A stretch of 64,000 nt of DNA from an uncultured Planctomycetia bacterium (GCA_964373715.1 CAYJVR010000002.1:182937-246936), one strand, 5' to 3'. Positions 25,657-34,780 are shown, counted from the first letter of the stretch. Notes: a model not told the origin generated them from the letters alone. Made by a program: numbers and translations.

Positions 25657-27084
25657 ATGAACAAGAAGTGGACCGCTTCTTTAACCGCCCTGCTTGTCGG
25701 GATGACCACCGCCGCGTGGGCTGATGAGCCTGTTTTGAAAAGCACGATGGAAGACCAGACCGGCGTGGAGCTGACGGTATACAACGGCAACCTGGGCCTT
25801 GTGAAAGACACACGGACCATCGATCTTTCCCGGGGAGAGGGGGAGCTCCGGTTTATGGATGTCGCCGCCAGTATTATGCCGGTTACCGTTTCGGTCAAAT
25901 CGCTCAACCAGCCGGAAGGTTTTACCGTGCTGGAACAGAATTACGAGTACGACCTGATGAGCCCGGACAAGCTTTTGGATAAGTTCGTCGGAAGAAAAAT
26001 CAAGTTGATTGACCGGAACGAATTTCAGGGAACGGAAAAGGTGGTGGAGGCGGAGCTGTTGAGCAATAACGGCAGCCCTATCTATAAGATTGGCGACCAA
26101 ATCTTCCTCGGCCATCCCGGCTACCGGGTTTTGTCGGAGATTCCGGAGAACTTGATCGCCAAGCCGACGCTCACCTGGCTTTACAGCAACAAAGGGCGCA
26201 AAAGCCACGACGTCGAGGTTTCGTATCTGACGAACAACATCAGCTGGAAGGCCGATTACGTCGTCATTCTCAACGATTCGGATACGCAGGCGGATCTTTC
26301 CGGCTGGGTGACGGTCAACAACCAGAGCGGCGCCATCTATAAAGAGGCGAAACTCAAGTTGATCGCCGGCCAGATCAACCGGGCGATAAACAATATGCCC
26401 CAGGTGCGCTACGCGATGGAGGCGATGGCGGCTGGGGCCACCGCAGCCGACAGTTTTGTCGAGCAGGCCTTCTTCGAGTATCACATCTACGACCTGCAGA
26501 GGAAAACCACCATCAAGAACAACCAGACGAAACAGATCAGCCTGCTGGCGGCCGAGGGGGCCGGGGTCCAGAAAGAGATGCTCGTTTACGGGGAGCAGGG
26601 TTACTTTACCCGGCGCTACCACGAGCAGAACCCGAAACAGCCGGTCAATGTCTACGTGAAGATCAAAAACTCGGAAGCCAACAAGCTCGGGATGCCTCTT
26701 CCGGCCGGCGTCATGCGGCTCTATAAAAAGGACGGCAGCGGTTCTCTCCAGTTCATCGGAGAAGACAATGTCGAGCACACGCCGAAAGAGGAGCAGATCA
26801 AACTGAAGGTGGGAGAGGCCTTCGACGTTGTCGCCGAGAGGCGCCAGACCGACTGGAAAGAGATCGCTTCCGACGTCTACGAGTCGGAGTGGGAGATCAC
26901 GCTGAGAAACCACAAGAAGGAGGATGTCACGGTCAGCCTCATCGAGCCTCTCTACGGAACTTGGCAGGTGCTGAACAACAGCCACCCGTTCACCAAAGAG
27001 GATGCTTTCACAATCCGGTTCGATGTCCCTGTGGCGAAAGACAAAGAGGTCAAGGTGATCTACCGGATCCGGGTCCAGGTTTAA
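25657..27084 (+). CDS. Secreted DUF4139/DUF4140-family (MuiA-like) protein
   Basis: AAAAGGAGG RBS. Signal peptide MNKKWTASLTALLVGMTTAAWA. The core VELTVYNGNLGLVKDTRTIDLSRGEGELRFMDVAASIMPVTVSVKSL ... SWKADYVVILND ... follows the pattern I recall for this conserved-hypothetical family. The 472-aa antisense ORF is judged an artefact. Confidence 0.5.
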   Translation: MNKKWTASLTALLVGMTTAAWADEPVLKSTMEDQTGVELTVYNGNLGLVKDTRTIDLSRGEGELRFMDVAASIMPVTVSVKSLNQPEGFTVLEQNYEYDLMSPDKLLDKFVGRKIKLIDRNEFQGTEKVVEAELLSNNGSPIYKIGDQIFLGHPGYRVLSEIPENLIAKPTLTWLYSNKGRKSHDVEVSYLTNNISWKADYVVILNDSDTQADLSGWVTVNNQSGAIYKEAKLKLIAGQINRAINNMPQVRYAMEAMAAGATAADSFVEQAFFEYHIYDLQRKTTIKNNQTKQISLLAAEGAGVQKEMLVYGEQGYFTRRYHEQNPKQPVNVYVKIKNSEANKLGMPLPAGVMRLYKKDGSGSLQFIGEDNVEHTPKEEQIKLKVGEAFDVVAERRQTDWKEIASDVYESEWEITLRNHKKEDVTVSLIEPLYGTWQVLNNSHPFTKEDAFTIRFDVPVAKDKEVKVIYRIRVQV

Positions 27085-27237
27085 TAAGCCGGCCTCCAAC
27101 GCAAGTCCCGGCGGCCCGCGGCGCGTTCAGCGCTGCGGGCTGCGCTGTTTTTTTGAAAGCCTTCTTTTTCATGGAACTTTTCCCTCCTCTCGGGGTCTCA
27201 TTCTCCGGTAGAACCAATCACAAAGGAGGGATTTCCA

Positions 27238-29259
27238 ATGAACAGGAAGCATCTTTTTATGGCGGTGGTTGTGGGATTGCTGTGCTTCATCGGGGTGGTG
27301 GAGCCTCCCCCTTCGGGCGCGGATGAGGGGTATGCCGGCGCGAGTTGGACGATCGAGCAGGCGGCCTACACGGGCCGGGTGGAAGGGGATATCGCCCGTA
27401 TCAACGCGGAGCTGACGATCAAGGTTCTTCAAAACGGTTACGCGGAGATTCCGCTTATCTTCGGAAACGCGGTGATTACGGATGTGAAAGCCGGCGGCTC
27501 TTCGGCGACTCTCGTTGTGCGGGATGACCAGTACGCGTTGGCCGTCCAGAAGAAGGGAACCTACCGTGTCAGTGTTCAGTTTTCAACATCGCTTGGGCGC
27601 GATGAGAGGTATGAACAGATATCGGTCGATATCCCGCAGGCTGTTTTTTCCAGGTTGACGCTTGAAATACCGCGGATGGATCTGGAGCTCGCGCCGGACC
27701 AGGTTTTAACGGTGAACAAAGAGGTACGCAAAGAGAGTGTTCTGCTTTCCGGTTCGCTCGGTTTCAGCAGGCAGATCCATTTGCGGTGGGCCGCCCGGCC
27801 GGTGAAGCAGGATCCGGTGGAGCCGGCGTTCGTCACCGACCTGAGAGTTTTGGCGACTCTCGAGGAGGAGGCTCTGCGGATGACCGCTCTGGTGAGATAC
27901 CAGGTTCTTCAGGGGGAGCTGAATTCCGTCGCTTTTGATCTGCCGGCTGGCCTGACGGTCCTTTCCATCCGGGGCGGGGCGATAGAGGATTGGAAGATCG
28001 CTCCGGCGGAAGGGGCGCAGAGGGTCACGGTCTCCTTCCGGGATCCGCTGAAGGTCGGGCTCACCCAGCTGATCGTCGAGGCGGAACAGCCGATCACGAA
28101 GTCTTCCACGCAGGCGGTTTTCCCGAGCCTCGTTCCTCTGGGCAGCAAGCGGATTACCGGTTATCTGGCTATCGCCACCGGCACGACGATAGAACTCCAG
28201 AATCCGGTGACCGACGGGTTGAACCGGATTGACGTCCGGGAGATTCCGGATGATTTGAGGAGTTTTGCCTCGGCGCCGCTGGTGGCGGCTTTCCGTTACG
28301 CGCAGGCCCCTTACCGGCTGACCGCCGCCCTTTATCAGCCGGAGAACCTGGCTGTGCTGGTGGCGATCGCCGAATCGGGGGATCTCGCCACGATCCTGAC
28401 GCCGACCGGAGAGGCGATCACCCGGGCGATTTACCAGGTTCGGAACAACAAGAAGGCTTCTCTCGCCGTTTCTCTGCCGAAAGGGGCGACGCTCTGGTCG
28501 GTTCTGGTGGACCGCCGCTCGGTCAAGCCGGCGGCCGGCCCGGACGGCCAGGTCCTGGTTCCTCTTTCGGTCAATACGGGACCGGAGAGGTCTTTCCCGG
28601 TGGAAGTCGTTTACGTGGAGAAGGCGGCGCCGTTTCAGTGGCTCGGAAAAACGGAGTACAAGGGACCGGTGCTGGATATTCCGCTGACCGTCGTCCGGTG
28701 GAATCTTTTCATGCCGGAAGAGGTGCGCGGCTACTGGTTTTCCGGCAACCTCCAGCAGCATCTGAAAATGGCCGGTTTCTTGTCCGATCCCTCTCCGATA
28801 GCGGAGGGACAAGTGCGGTTGGCTTCGCTGAATGAGGAGAAGGCCGCCACCGGAACTTCGCTCAATACTGTCCGCGCGAAGAGGGCGTCCCAGAGAGGTT
28901 TTCGAGAGGCGGAAATGAGCAAGATGGCTTGTGATTCGGCCGCCCCCCAAGCGCAGCCGGCGGACTATCTTGACGGCCGGGACGACAAGGAGGAGATGGA
29001 TAATTTCAGGCAGATGGCCGCCGAAGTCCAGCAGGCTGGGGTCCTGCCTTTCCGGATAGCGATTCCCAGCAGCGGGCGGGCCCACTCGTTCAGCCGTTTG
29101 CTGACGACCGGAGAACCTCTAACGATCCGGATTCGTTACGTGAAGATTGCCCCGCAGGTTTTCTCTGTGACGACTGGCGGCATCGGCCTGGCCGGTTTCC
29201 TGCTCATTGGGGGAGGTCTTCGCGCCGGTTTTCGCCGCCGCCGCCCTCTTACGGCGTAA
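27238..29259 (+). CDS. Large secreted protein (673 aa) with a C-terminal TM anchor, possibly a distant paralogue of the upstream gene
   Basis: Signal peptide MNRKHLFMAVVVGLLCFIGVV. The N-terminal block ASWTIEQAAYTGRVEGDIARINAELTIKVLQNGYAEIPLIFGNAVITDVKAGGSSATLVV has a DUF4140-like pattern. The C-terminal helix is GGIGLAGFLLIGGGL, followed by an RRRR stop-transfer sequence. Confidence 0.45.
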   Translation: MNRKHLFMAVVVGLLCFIGVVEPPPSGADEGYAGASWTIEQAAYTGRVEGDIARINAELTIKVLQNGYAEIPLIFGNAVITDVKAGGSSATLVVRDDQYALAVQKKGTYRVSVQFSTSLGRDERYEQISVDIPQAVFSRLTLEIPRMDLELAPDQVLTVNKEVRKESVLLSGSLGFSRQIHLRWAARPVKQDPVEPAFVTDLRVLATLEEEALRMTALVRYQVLQGELNSVAFDLPAGLTVLSIRGGAIEDWKIAPAEGAQRVTVSFRDPLKVGLTQLIVEAEQPITKSSTQAVFPSLVPLGSKRITGYLAIATGTTIELQNPVTDGLNRIDVREIPDDLRSFASAPLVAAFRYAQAPYRLTAALYQPENLAVLVAIAESGDLATILTPTGEAITRAIYQVRNNKKASLAVSLPKGATLWSVLVDRRSVKPAAGPDGQVLVPLSVNTGPERSFPVEVVYVEKAAPFQWLGKTEYKGPVLDIPLTVVRWNLFMPEEVRGYWFSGNLQQHLKMAGFLSDPSPIAEGQVRLASLNEEKAATGTSLNTVRAKRASQRGFREAEMSKMACDSAAPQAQPADYLDGRDDKEEMDNFRQMAAEVQQAGVLPFRIAIPSSGRAHSFSRLLTTGEPLTIRIRYVKIAPQVFSVTTGGIGLAGFLLIGGGLRAGFRRRRPLTA

Positions 29260-29311
29260 GAAGCGGGTCAAACGCAGGCGGAATTGACAGTGTCGCGCGG
29301 CCCATGGTAGG

Positions 29312-29899
29312 GTGAGCCCCATGGGCCGCCTTCGCTCTCTCTTTTTCTTCTGCATGACGTTTCTGCTAGCGCTGACACTGGGAATGGCGGTCGGCTTCAT
29401 GGCGGGAAGGTTCAGCCGGCCGGCGGGCAAAGGCAAAACGGCGCAGCCCTTGGCCCCCCTTTTCCCGGAGGCAACCGCATGGCTGGAGCAGCAGCTCCTG
29501 GGGCACGAGAAGGAAGAGGAGGAAGAGGAGGAAGAGAGGAAACCCCAAATGCGGATCACCGGTATTGTGGATATCCAGCCGGAGTTAAGAAAGCGTCTGA
29601 AACCGACCGACACATTGTTCCTCATTGTCACTCTGGTGGGTGATACGGTCCCTCTGGCCGTAAAGAGAGTGCAGCCGGTCGAGCTCCCTCTGATCTATAC
29701 GGTCGGTCCGGAAGACCAGATGATAGTGGACAAGCCTTTCGAAGGGTTGGTCACCGTCAAGGCCCGCGTGGATAGAGACGGGCAGGCCAACTCCCCGAAA
29801 CCTGACGATATGACCGGCCAATCGGCGGGGACCTATTCGATCCCCGCACGAGGTGTCCACATCTTGATAGATACCCTGGTGACCGGTAAAAAGGGCTGA
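29312..29899 (+). CDS. Hypothetical membrane-anchored protein with a poly-Glu linker
   Basis: N-terminal TM LFFFCMTFLLALTLGMAVGFMAG, then an EKEEEEEEEE run, then a C-terminal globular region. No recognisable family. Confidence 0.4.
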   Translation: MSPMGRLRSLFFFCMTFLLALTLGMAVGFMAGRFSRPAGKGKTAQPLAPLFPEATAWLEQQLLGHEKEEEEEEEERKPQMRITGIVDIQPELRKRLKPTDTLFLIVTLVGDTVPLAVKRVQPVELPLIYTVGPEDQMIVDKPFEGLVTVKARVDRDGQANSPKPDDMTGQSAGTYSIPARGVHILIDTLVTGKKG

Positions 29900-30014
29900 C
29901 GGCGGCTTCGATTCGCGATAAAATACTCTTTTAAGCATGACCCTCGCCACCTTTTGCATATCGGTATCGGTCCGTTAAAAAACTGAAGAGAATGAGCCAG
30001 GAAGAGGTGAAGGG

Positions 30015-30464
30015 ATGACCCGTTTTTCGCAACTTCTATCTAATAGAGTACTTCTGGCTACAATAGCAGGGTGGGTTGTTGCCCAAACGATTAAGGTCAT
30101 GCTGGCTGTCCGCCGGGAAGGCCGGTTCGATTTCCGGTGGTTCTTGGGAACCGGCGGGATGCCGTCGGCCCATTCTTCCGGGGTGTCGGCGCTGGCCACG
30201 GGGGTCGGTTTGGAGGTCGGTTTTCACACCGCGCTTTTTGCCGTTTCCCTTGTTTTGGCCGTGGTGACGATGTTCGACGCCCAGGGTGTGCGCCGTGCGG
30301 CGGGCCGGCAGGCGGTGGCCCTCAACAAGATGCTGGATGAGGTCTACGCCAAAGGGCAGGTCAGTGAAGAGCGCTTGAAGGAGTTATTGGGGCACACGCC
30401 GATCGAGGTTTTTGCCGGCGGATTGCTTGGGATTTTCCTGGCTGTCGTCATCTGCCGTCTGTAA
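30015..30464 (+). CDS. Divergent PAP2-family membrane protein (YuiD/DUF212-like)
   Basis: GGMPSAHSSGVSALATGVG motif and four TM segments. Size and pattern fit the acid phosphatase/vanadium-haloperoxidase-related divergent PAP2 family. Confidence 0.6.
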   Translation: MTRFSQLLSNRVLLATIAGWVVAQTIKVMLAVRREGRFDFRWFLGTGGMPSAHSSGVSALATGVGLEVGFHTALFAVSLVLAVVTMFDAQGVRRAAGRQAVALNKMLDEVYAKGQVSEERLKELLGHTPIEVFAGGLLGIFLAVVICRL

Positions 30465-30487
30465 CATTTAGGGTGGTTTTAAGGAAT

Positions 30488-31324
30488 ATGAAACGTCAGA
30501 GATTTTTCATTGGGCCGGTCACGGCAGCCGCTTTAGCGGCTCAGCTCTCTTTTTTTGTTTTTCCGCATGAGCTTGTGATGGCTGCCCCTTCTGCTGCGCC
30601 TGTGGAAGAGGGGAAGACGGTTCTTTCCCCCAAGGTTTTGTTGGCCGAAGCCGAGAGGGCCAGGGCGGAGGGTCGTTATCTTGAGGCAAAACCACTCTAC
30701 CAACAGGTTCTTCAACAGGCTCCCCCCGCCGAGGTTGCCGCCACCGTTCAAAAAGGATTGAGCGAGGTGAACATCAAGCTGATCTTTTCCTCGGTGTTGG
30801 TCCCGAACTCGGAAACGTACATTATCGTGAAGGGGAACACCCTTTCCAAGATCGCCAAAAAATATCGCACTACGGTTGAGCTGTTGAAAGCCTCCAACGG
30901 CCTAACCAGCGACCGGATCCGGGTCGGCCAACGGCTGAAGGTGTCTAAGGCAAAATTCAGTGTGGTTGTGGATAAATCGCAGAACACGCTCATTCTGAAG
31001 GACGGAGAAGAGGTGCTGAAGGTTTACAGGTGCGCTACCGGTATGGAAGGGATCACTCCCGTTGGGAACTTTAAGATCGCCAACCGGATTGTGGATCCTC
31101 CGTGGTATTCCCCGAACGGCCTCATTCCGCCGGGCGATCCCAGGAACCAGCTGGGGTCCCGGTGGCTTGGGTTTGACATCCAGGGTTACGGGATACACGG
31201 GACGACCGATCCTGATTCCATAGGGAAACCGGTGACCCACGGGTGCATCCGTTTGACCAACGGCGATGTGGAGGAGCTTTTCATCATGCTACCCGAGGGA
31301 GCGCCGGTCTCCATCGTGGAATAA
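30488..31324 (+). CDS. LysM domain-containing L,D-transpeptidase (YkuD family)
   Basis: LysM: YIIVKGNTLSKIAKKYRTTVELLKASNGLTSDRIRVGQRLKV. YkuD catalytic motif: ...GIHGTTDPDSIGKPVTHGCIRLTNGDVEEL (HGC triad). The ATG at 30488 with an AAGGA RBS is preferred over the track's GTG at 30473. Confidence 0.8.
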   Translation: MKRQRFFIGPVTAAALAAQLSFFVFPHELVMAAPSAAPVEEGKTVLSPKVLLAEAERARAEGRYLEAKPLYQQVLQQAPPAEVAATVQKGLSEVNIKLIFSSVLVPNSETYIIVKGNTLSKIAKKYRTTVELLKASNGLTSDRIRVGQRLKVSKAKFSVVVDKSQNTLILKDGEEVLKVYRCATGMEGITPVGNFKIANRIVDPPWYSPNGLIPPGDPRNQLGSRWLGFDIQGYGIHGTTDPDSIGKPVTHGCIRLTNGDVEELFIMLPEGAPVSIVE

Positions 31325-31336
31325 CCCAAAGAGCCT

Positions 31337-32290
31337 ATGTTTACACTCGATTTCGAAAAACACATCGTTGAACTGGAACAGCAGATCCATCAGCTGAGGA
31401 ACGGCACTGTCGCCAAAAAAGTGAACCTCGAGAAAGCGATCCGCGAGTTGGAGGAACAGCTCTCCCGCGCCCGCAAGGATGTTTACGACCGCCTTACCCC
31501 CTGGCAGCGGGTTCAGATGGCCCGCCATCCGAAGCGCCCCTACACCCTCGACTATATCCAGAAGTTCATGACCGATTTTGTTGAGCTTCACGGGGATAGG
31601 GTTTTCTCGGATGACCATGCTCTGATCGGCGGTTTCGCCACGCTGGACGGTATGAGATTGATGATCGTCGGCCATCAGAAGGGGAAGGACACCAAGGAGA
31701 ACCTCTACAGGAACTTCGGTTCCGCCCATCCGGAAGGTTACCGTAAAGCGATCCGCTTGATGCAGATGGCCGCCAAGTTCAAGCTGCCGATCCTTTCCTT
31801 CATTGACACCCCAGGTGCTTATCCAGGCATCGGCGCCGAAGAGCGGGGGCAGTCTCAGGCGATCGCCTGGAATTTGAGGGAGATGGCTCGCCTTGCCGTG
31901 CCGGTCGTTTGCGCGGTGATTGGCGAAGGCGGATCGGGCGGCGCTTTAGGGATCGGCGTTGGCGACAGGATCCTTGTCATGGAGAACGCCTACTACTCCG
32001 TGATCTCCCCTGAAGGGTGCGCCGCGATTCTCTGGAAAGACCGGGCTAAAGCCCCGGAGGCGGCCGCATGTCTTAAGCTGATTGCGAGGGACCTCCTCGC
32101 GCTTGGGATTATTGATGAAATGGTGCCGGAACCTCTGGGCGGCGCCCACCGGGACCCGGATACCGCCTCCGCCAACCTCAAAGCGGCGCTCAAAAGAAAC
32201 CTGCTTGATCTTCAGAAGCTCTCTCCCGAACAGATCATCGCCCAGCGAGCGGAGAAATACCGCAAGATCGGTCTCTTCTACGAGGTCTAG
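31337..32290 (+). CDS. accA: Acetyl-CoA carboxylase carboxyltransferase alpha subunit
   Basis: TPWQRVQMARHPKRPYTLDYI...LIGGFATLDGMRLMIVGHQKG...SFIDTPGAYPGIGAEERGQSQAIA...VIGEGGSGGALGIGVGDRILVMENAYYSVISPEGCAAILWKD. The match runs the full length. Confidence 0.9.
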   Translation: MFTLDFEKHIVELEQQIHQLRNGTVAKKVNLEKAIRELEEQLSRARKDVYDRLTPWQRVQMARHPKRPYTLDYIQKFMTDFVELHGDRVFSDDHALIGGFATLDGMRLMIVGHQKGKDTKENLYRNFGSAHPEGYRKAIRLMQMAAKFKLPILSFIDTPGAYPGIGAEERGQSQAIAWNLREMARLAVPVVCAVIGEGGSGGALGIGVGDRILVMENAYYSVISPEGCAAILWKDRAKAPEAAACLKLIARDLLALGIIDEMVPEPLGGAHRDPDTASANLKAALKRNLLDLQKLSPEQIIAQRAEKYRKIGLFYEV

Positions 32291-32301
32291 CCAAAACCGA
32301 A

Positions 32302-32853
32302 ATGGCAAAACGCAAAGGGCTCGTCATCGTTTATACCGGCGACGGGAAAGGGAAAACCTCTGCCGCTTTGGGGGCCGCGATGCGGGCGCTGGGCCACGGC
32401 TGGAAAGTTCTCATCATCCAGTTTTTCAAGGGGGACTGGCCGGTCGTTTACGGCGAGCTGGAACTGGCCAAGAGGCTCTATCCCCAGATCGAAGTCCTGC
32501 AGCTGGGCAAAGGGTTCGTCAAGATCATGGGGGATAAAAAGCCGTTTCAGGAGCATGTCCAGGCGGCTGAGACAGCCCTCACAATCACCCGAGAGAAAAT
32601 GCTCTCCGGCCAGTACGACCTGATCATCTTGGATGAGGTGATCTACGCGTTAGGCTACATGGACTTCAAGCTGATCGAACTGGCCGACGTGCTGCAGCTG
32701 ATCAAGGAGAAACCCCCGCTGACCCACCTGATCCTCACCGGGCGCAACGCGCCGAAAGAGCTTATCGAGGCGGCTGATCTGGTGACGGAGATGAGGGAGA
32801 TCAAGCACCCGATGGCTAAAGGAATCCCCGCCCAGCAAGGCGTAGATTTCTAG
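32302..32853 (+). CDS. cobO: Cob(I)yrinic acid a,c-diamide / cob(I)alamin adenosyltransferase (CobO/BtuR family)
   Basis: KGLVIVYTGDGKGKTSAALGAAMRALGHGWKVLIIQFFKG P-loop, and the DEVIYALGYMDFKLIELADVLQLIKEKPPLTHLILTGRNAPKELIEAADLVTEM core. Confidence 0.8.
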   Translation: MAKRKGLVIVYTGDGKGKTSAALGAAMRALGHGWKVLIIQFFKGDWPVVYGELELAKRLYPQIEVLQLGKGFVKIMGDKKPFQEHVQAAETALTITREKMLSGQYDLIILDEVIYALGYMDFKLIELADVLQLIKEKPPLTHLILTGRNAPKELIEAADLVTEMREIKHPMAKGIPAQQGVDF

Positions 32854-32978
32854 AAGCTATCTCACAAATACCGTTCGCCCTTCGACAATCTCAGCACGAA
32901 CGTCCCAGCTATTTATGAGACGGGTTCTAATACGTCATTCGCTTTTATATTGAATATTAGTATTAAATATGATACATT

Positions 32979-33497
32979 TTGTATATGCTTCCATTTGGAG
33001 AAACCGTTTTATTATGGCGTTCTGAACGCCGGATGTCCCAAGAGACGTTGGCTCAGCGCGCCTACATCTCGCGCCCGAATCTTTCCGCGATTGAGAAAGG
33101 GAAGAGGGAGGTTTCATTAAAGACACTCCGCTCTCTTGCAGTTGCTTTGGAAGTGTCGCCCGGCATTTTGGTGGATGGAGTGGGTCCATGGTTTAAAGAC
33201 CCTAAGCCGCTCTCTAGGGAGGTCTTTGAGAGAGTTGCGGAAGCCGTCGTGAATAATGGACCGGTTTCTTCGGACCGTGAGATTCAGCTGGTTGATTTGT
33301 TAAGGTTGATTTCTAGAACTCAGCTTATGATGGCTCGAAACGCTTCCAAAAGCTCTTACCTTGTCGGTAAGAAACGAGTCCAGGCGGCTTGGTTGAAGCT
33401 TTCCTCCGCGTATTCCCCCGAAGACATCCAAAGCTTTATTCGTCGAATAATGGAGCGCAAAAACGAGCAGCCCATTGAGTCCTCAAAAGGTCGATAG
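32979..33497 (+). CDS. XRE-family helix-turn-helix protein (candidate antitoxin/regulator) with a C-terminal extension
   Basis: MSQETLAQRAYISRPNLSAIEKGKREVSLKTLRSLAVALEVSPGIL is a Cro/C1-type HTH. The gene sits in a low-GC (about 47%) islet behind an AT-rich promoter region and overlaps the downstream gene by 23 nt. Confidence 0.7.
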   Translation: MYMLPFGETVLLWRSERRMSQETLAQRAYISRPNLSAIEKGKREVSLKTLRSLAVALEVSPGILVDGVGPWFKDPKPLSREVFERVAEAVVNNGPVSSDREIQLVDLLRLISRTQLMMARNASKSSYLVGKKRVQAAWLKLSSAYSPEDIQSFIRRIMERKNEQPIESSKGR

Positions 33498-34095
33498 GTT
33501 TTTCAGGGTATTGGAAAAACATATCCATGAACCGGTCAGGATTATTTTGACGGGCGCTGCAGCGGGAGCTTTGATGGGGCATGTTCGGCCCAGTTTGGAT
33601 GTCGATTTCGCCATTCAACCGGTTCGCGGTGATTCGAAGAGATGGACCCATATTGAGGAAGCCATCCAGCGCACCCGGCAACTGACGGGAATATCGGCAC
33701 AGTATGCCCAGGATATCGATCGGTGGGGGGCTATTTCATTGATGGATTATCAAAGGCATACTCGTCCTTATCGTAAATTCGGGAAAATCGAAGTTCGGCT
33801 TTTAGATCCTCTTTATTGGTCTATCGGGAAAATCACTCGTTATCTGGAACCGGACATTCAAGACTTAATAGCTGTTTTTAAAAATCAAAACACCCCTATT
33901 GATCTTGTTGCGAAAATATGGGGTAAGGCTTTAAAAAGCAGCCCTCCTTCCGATGCTTGTTTTAGATTTAGGCAGCATGTGGAGAACTTCCTTAAAATAT
34001 ACGGAACTCGGATATGGGGTAAGCGGTTTGATTTTGACGCAGCGATGGAGAAATTCAGAAAAGCAGCGGGGATTGTGAGGAAACCCACGGCGTAG
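33475..34095 (+). CDS. Minimal nucleotidyltransferase of the AbiEii/AbiGii-like toxin type
   Basis: ILTGAAAGALMGHVRPSLDVDFAI fits the Pol-beta-superfamily hG[GS]x9-13DhD motif. It also resembles the AbiEii N-terminus (KGGTAL...R.S.DIDF). 206 aa. Translationally coupled to the upstream HTH gene. Confidence 0.55.
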   Translation: MSPQKVDRFFRVLEKHIHEPVRIILTGAAAGALMGHVRPSLDVDFAIQPVRGDSKRWTHIEEAIQRTRQLTGISAQYAQDIDRWGAISLMDYQRHTRPYRKFGKIEVRLLDPLYWSIGKITRYLEPDIQDLIAVFKNQNTPIDLVAKIWGKALKSSPPSDACFRFRQHVENFLKIYGTRIWGKRFDFDAAMEKFRKAAGIVRKPTA

Positions 34096-34098
34096 GGT

Positions 34099-34488
34099 TT
34101 ACTTCTTGCCGGTGAGCATTTGGTGGACGGTGTCCAACAACTCATCCATCCGTCCGGGCTTCTCGAAGTAGCGGTCCGATTTTTGCTCGAATGTCGGTAT
34201 CTCTCCCACGATGTCCGGTTTGGCGGTCAACAGCATCACCGGGATCATCTTGGTGATCGGGTCGTCCCTGAGAGTTTTAAAGACTTGAGTTCCGGGGATG
34301 TCCGGCAGCACGATGTCGAGGATGATAAGCGCGGGCCACTCCGATTTGGCTTTCTGGAGCACCTCGCCTCCGCGGCTGAGCTCGATCACTTCGTAGCCCT
34401 TGGCCCGGAGCATGCGGGACAGACCTATGCGGGCGTCCGCTTCGTCATCCACCACAAGTATCTTCAACTGGGGCGTTCCCATACTCAC
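34099..34488 (-). CDS. Single-domain response regulator receiver
   Basis: KILVVDDEADARIGLSRMLRAKGYEVIEL...ALIILDIVLPDIPGTQVFKTLR...IPVMLLTAKPD receiver signature. Confidence 0.8.
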   Translation of the reverse strand: MSMGTPQLKILVVDDEADARIGLSRMLRAKGYEVIELSRGGEVLQKAKSEWPALIILDIVLPDIPGTQVFKTLRDDPITKMIPVMLLTAKPDIVGEIPTFEQKSDRYFEKPGRMDELLDTVHQMLTGKK

Positions 34489-34526
34489 CTCTCGCGGTTA
34501 AAGTTTCGGATTTTCTCGGCGAATTA

Positions 34527-34610
34527 TGCCGAGGGAGAGAATCGAACTCTCATGAGGTTTCCCCCACGGGTTTTTGAGACCCGCGCGTCTGCCAGTTTCG
34601 CCACCTCGGC
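34527..34610 (-). tRNA. tRNA-Leu (anticodon CAA), type II with a long variable arm, no encoded CCA
   Basis: The minus strand reads GCCGAGGTGGCGAAACTGGCAGACGCGCGGGTCTCAAAAACCCGTGGGGGAAACCTCATGAGAGTTCGATTCTCTCCCTCGGCA. The acceptor GCCGAGG/CCTCGGC pairs. The anticodon stem is CGGGT/ACCCG with loop CTCAAAA. The T-arm is GAGAG-TTCGATT-CTCTC. Confidence 0.8.
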
Positions 34611-34659
34611 GAGTTGGATTTCCAAAGAACCGGCTGTCAGACCGGATTATGAGAAAAAG

Positions 34660-34680
34660 TGGTGGAGCTGAGGGGGATCG
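34660..34680 (-). repeat. 21-bp direct duplicate of the tRNA-Ala 3' end (T-loop to CCA). It has att-site character.
   Basis: tggtggagctgagggggatcg occurs at 34660..34680 and again at 34781..34801 (the real tRNA 3' end). The flanks diverge at once, and the 120 bp between the copies do not fold into a tRNA. Confidence 0.5.
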
Positions 34681-34780
34681 GCGCCTTTCAGGTCGGCCAC
34701 TCGCCCCGCATATCTGATGCTCCGTTTGTCGCATCTGCGGGGCTCTCTTCGATCCCCTTCGGTAATGTATGTAAAAGACC

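Noticed and set aside
25681-27099. 472-aa minus-strand ORF opposite the DUF4139-like gene, and 27706..29085 (459 aa, minus) opposite the 673-aa gene
   Set aside because: The plus-strand products have RBSs, signal peptides and family-like conservation. The minus products are Arg/Asp/Leu-rich with no features.
34660-34780. Possible second tRNA-Ala gene between tRNA-Leu and tRNA-Ala
   Set aside because: Only the last 21 nt (half T-stem, acceptor 3' strand and CCA) match. No cloverleaf can be built: the T-stem 5' strand, anticodon arm and acceptor 5' strand are all absent. I treat it as a partial duplicate (att-like) instead.
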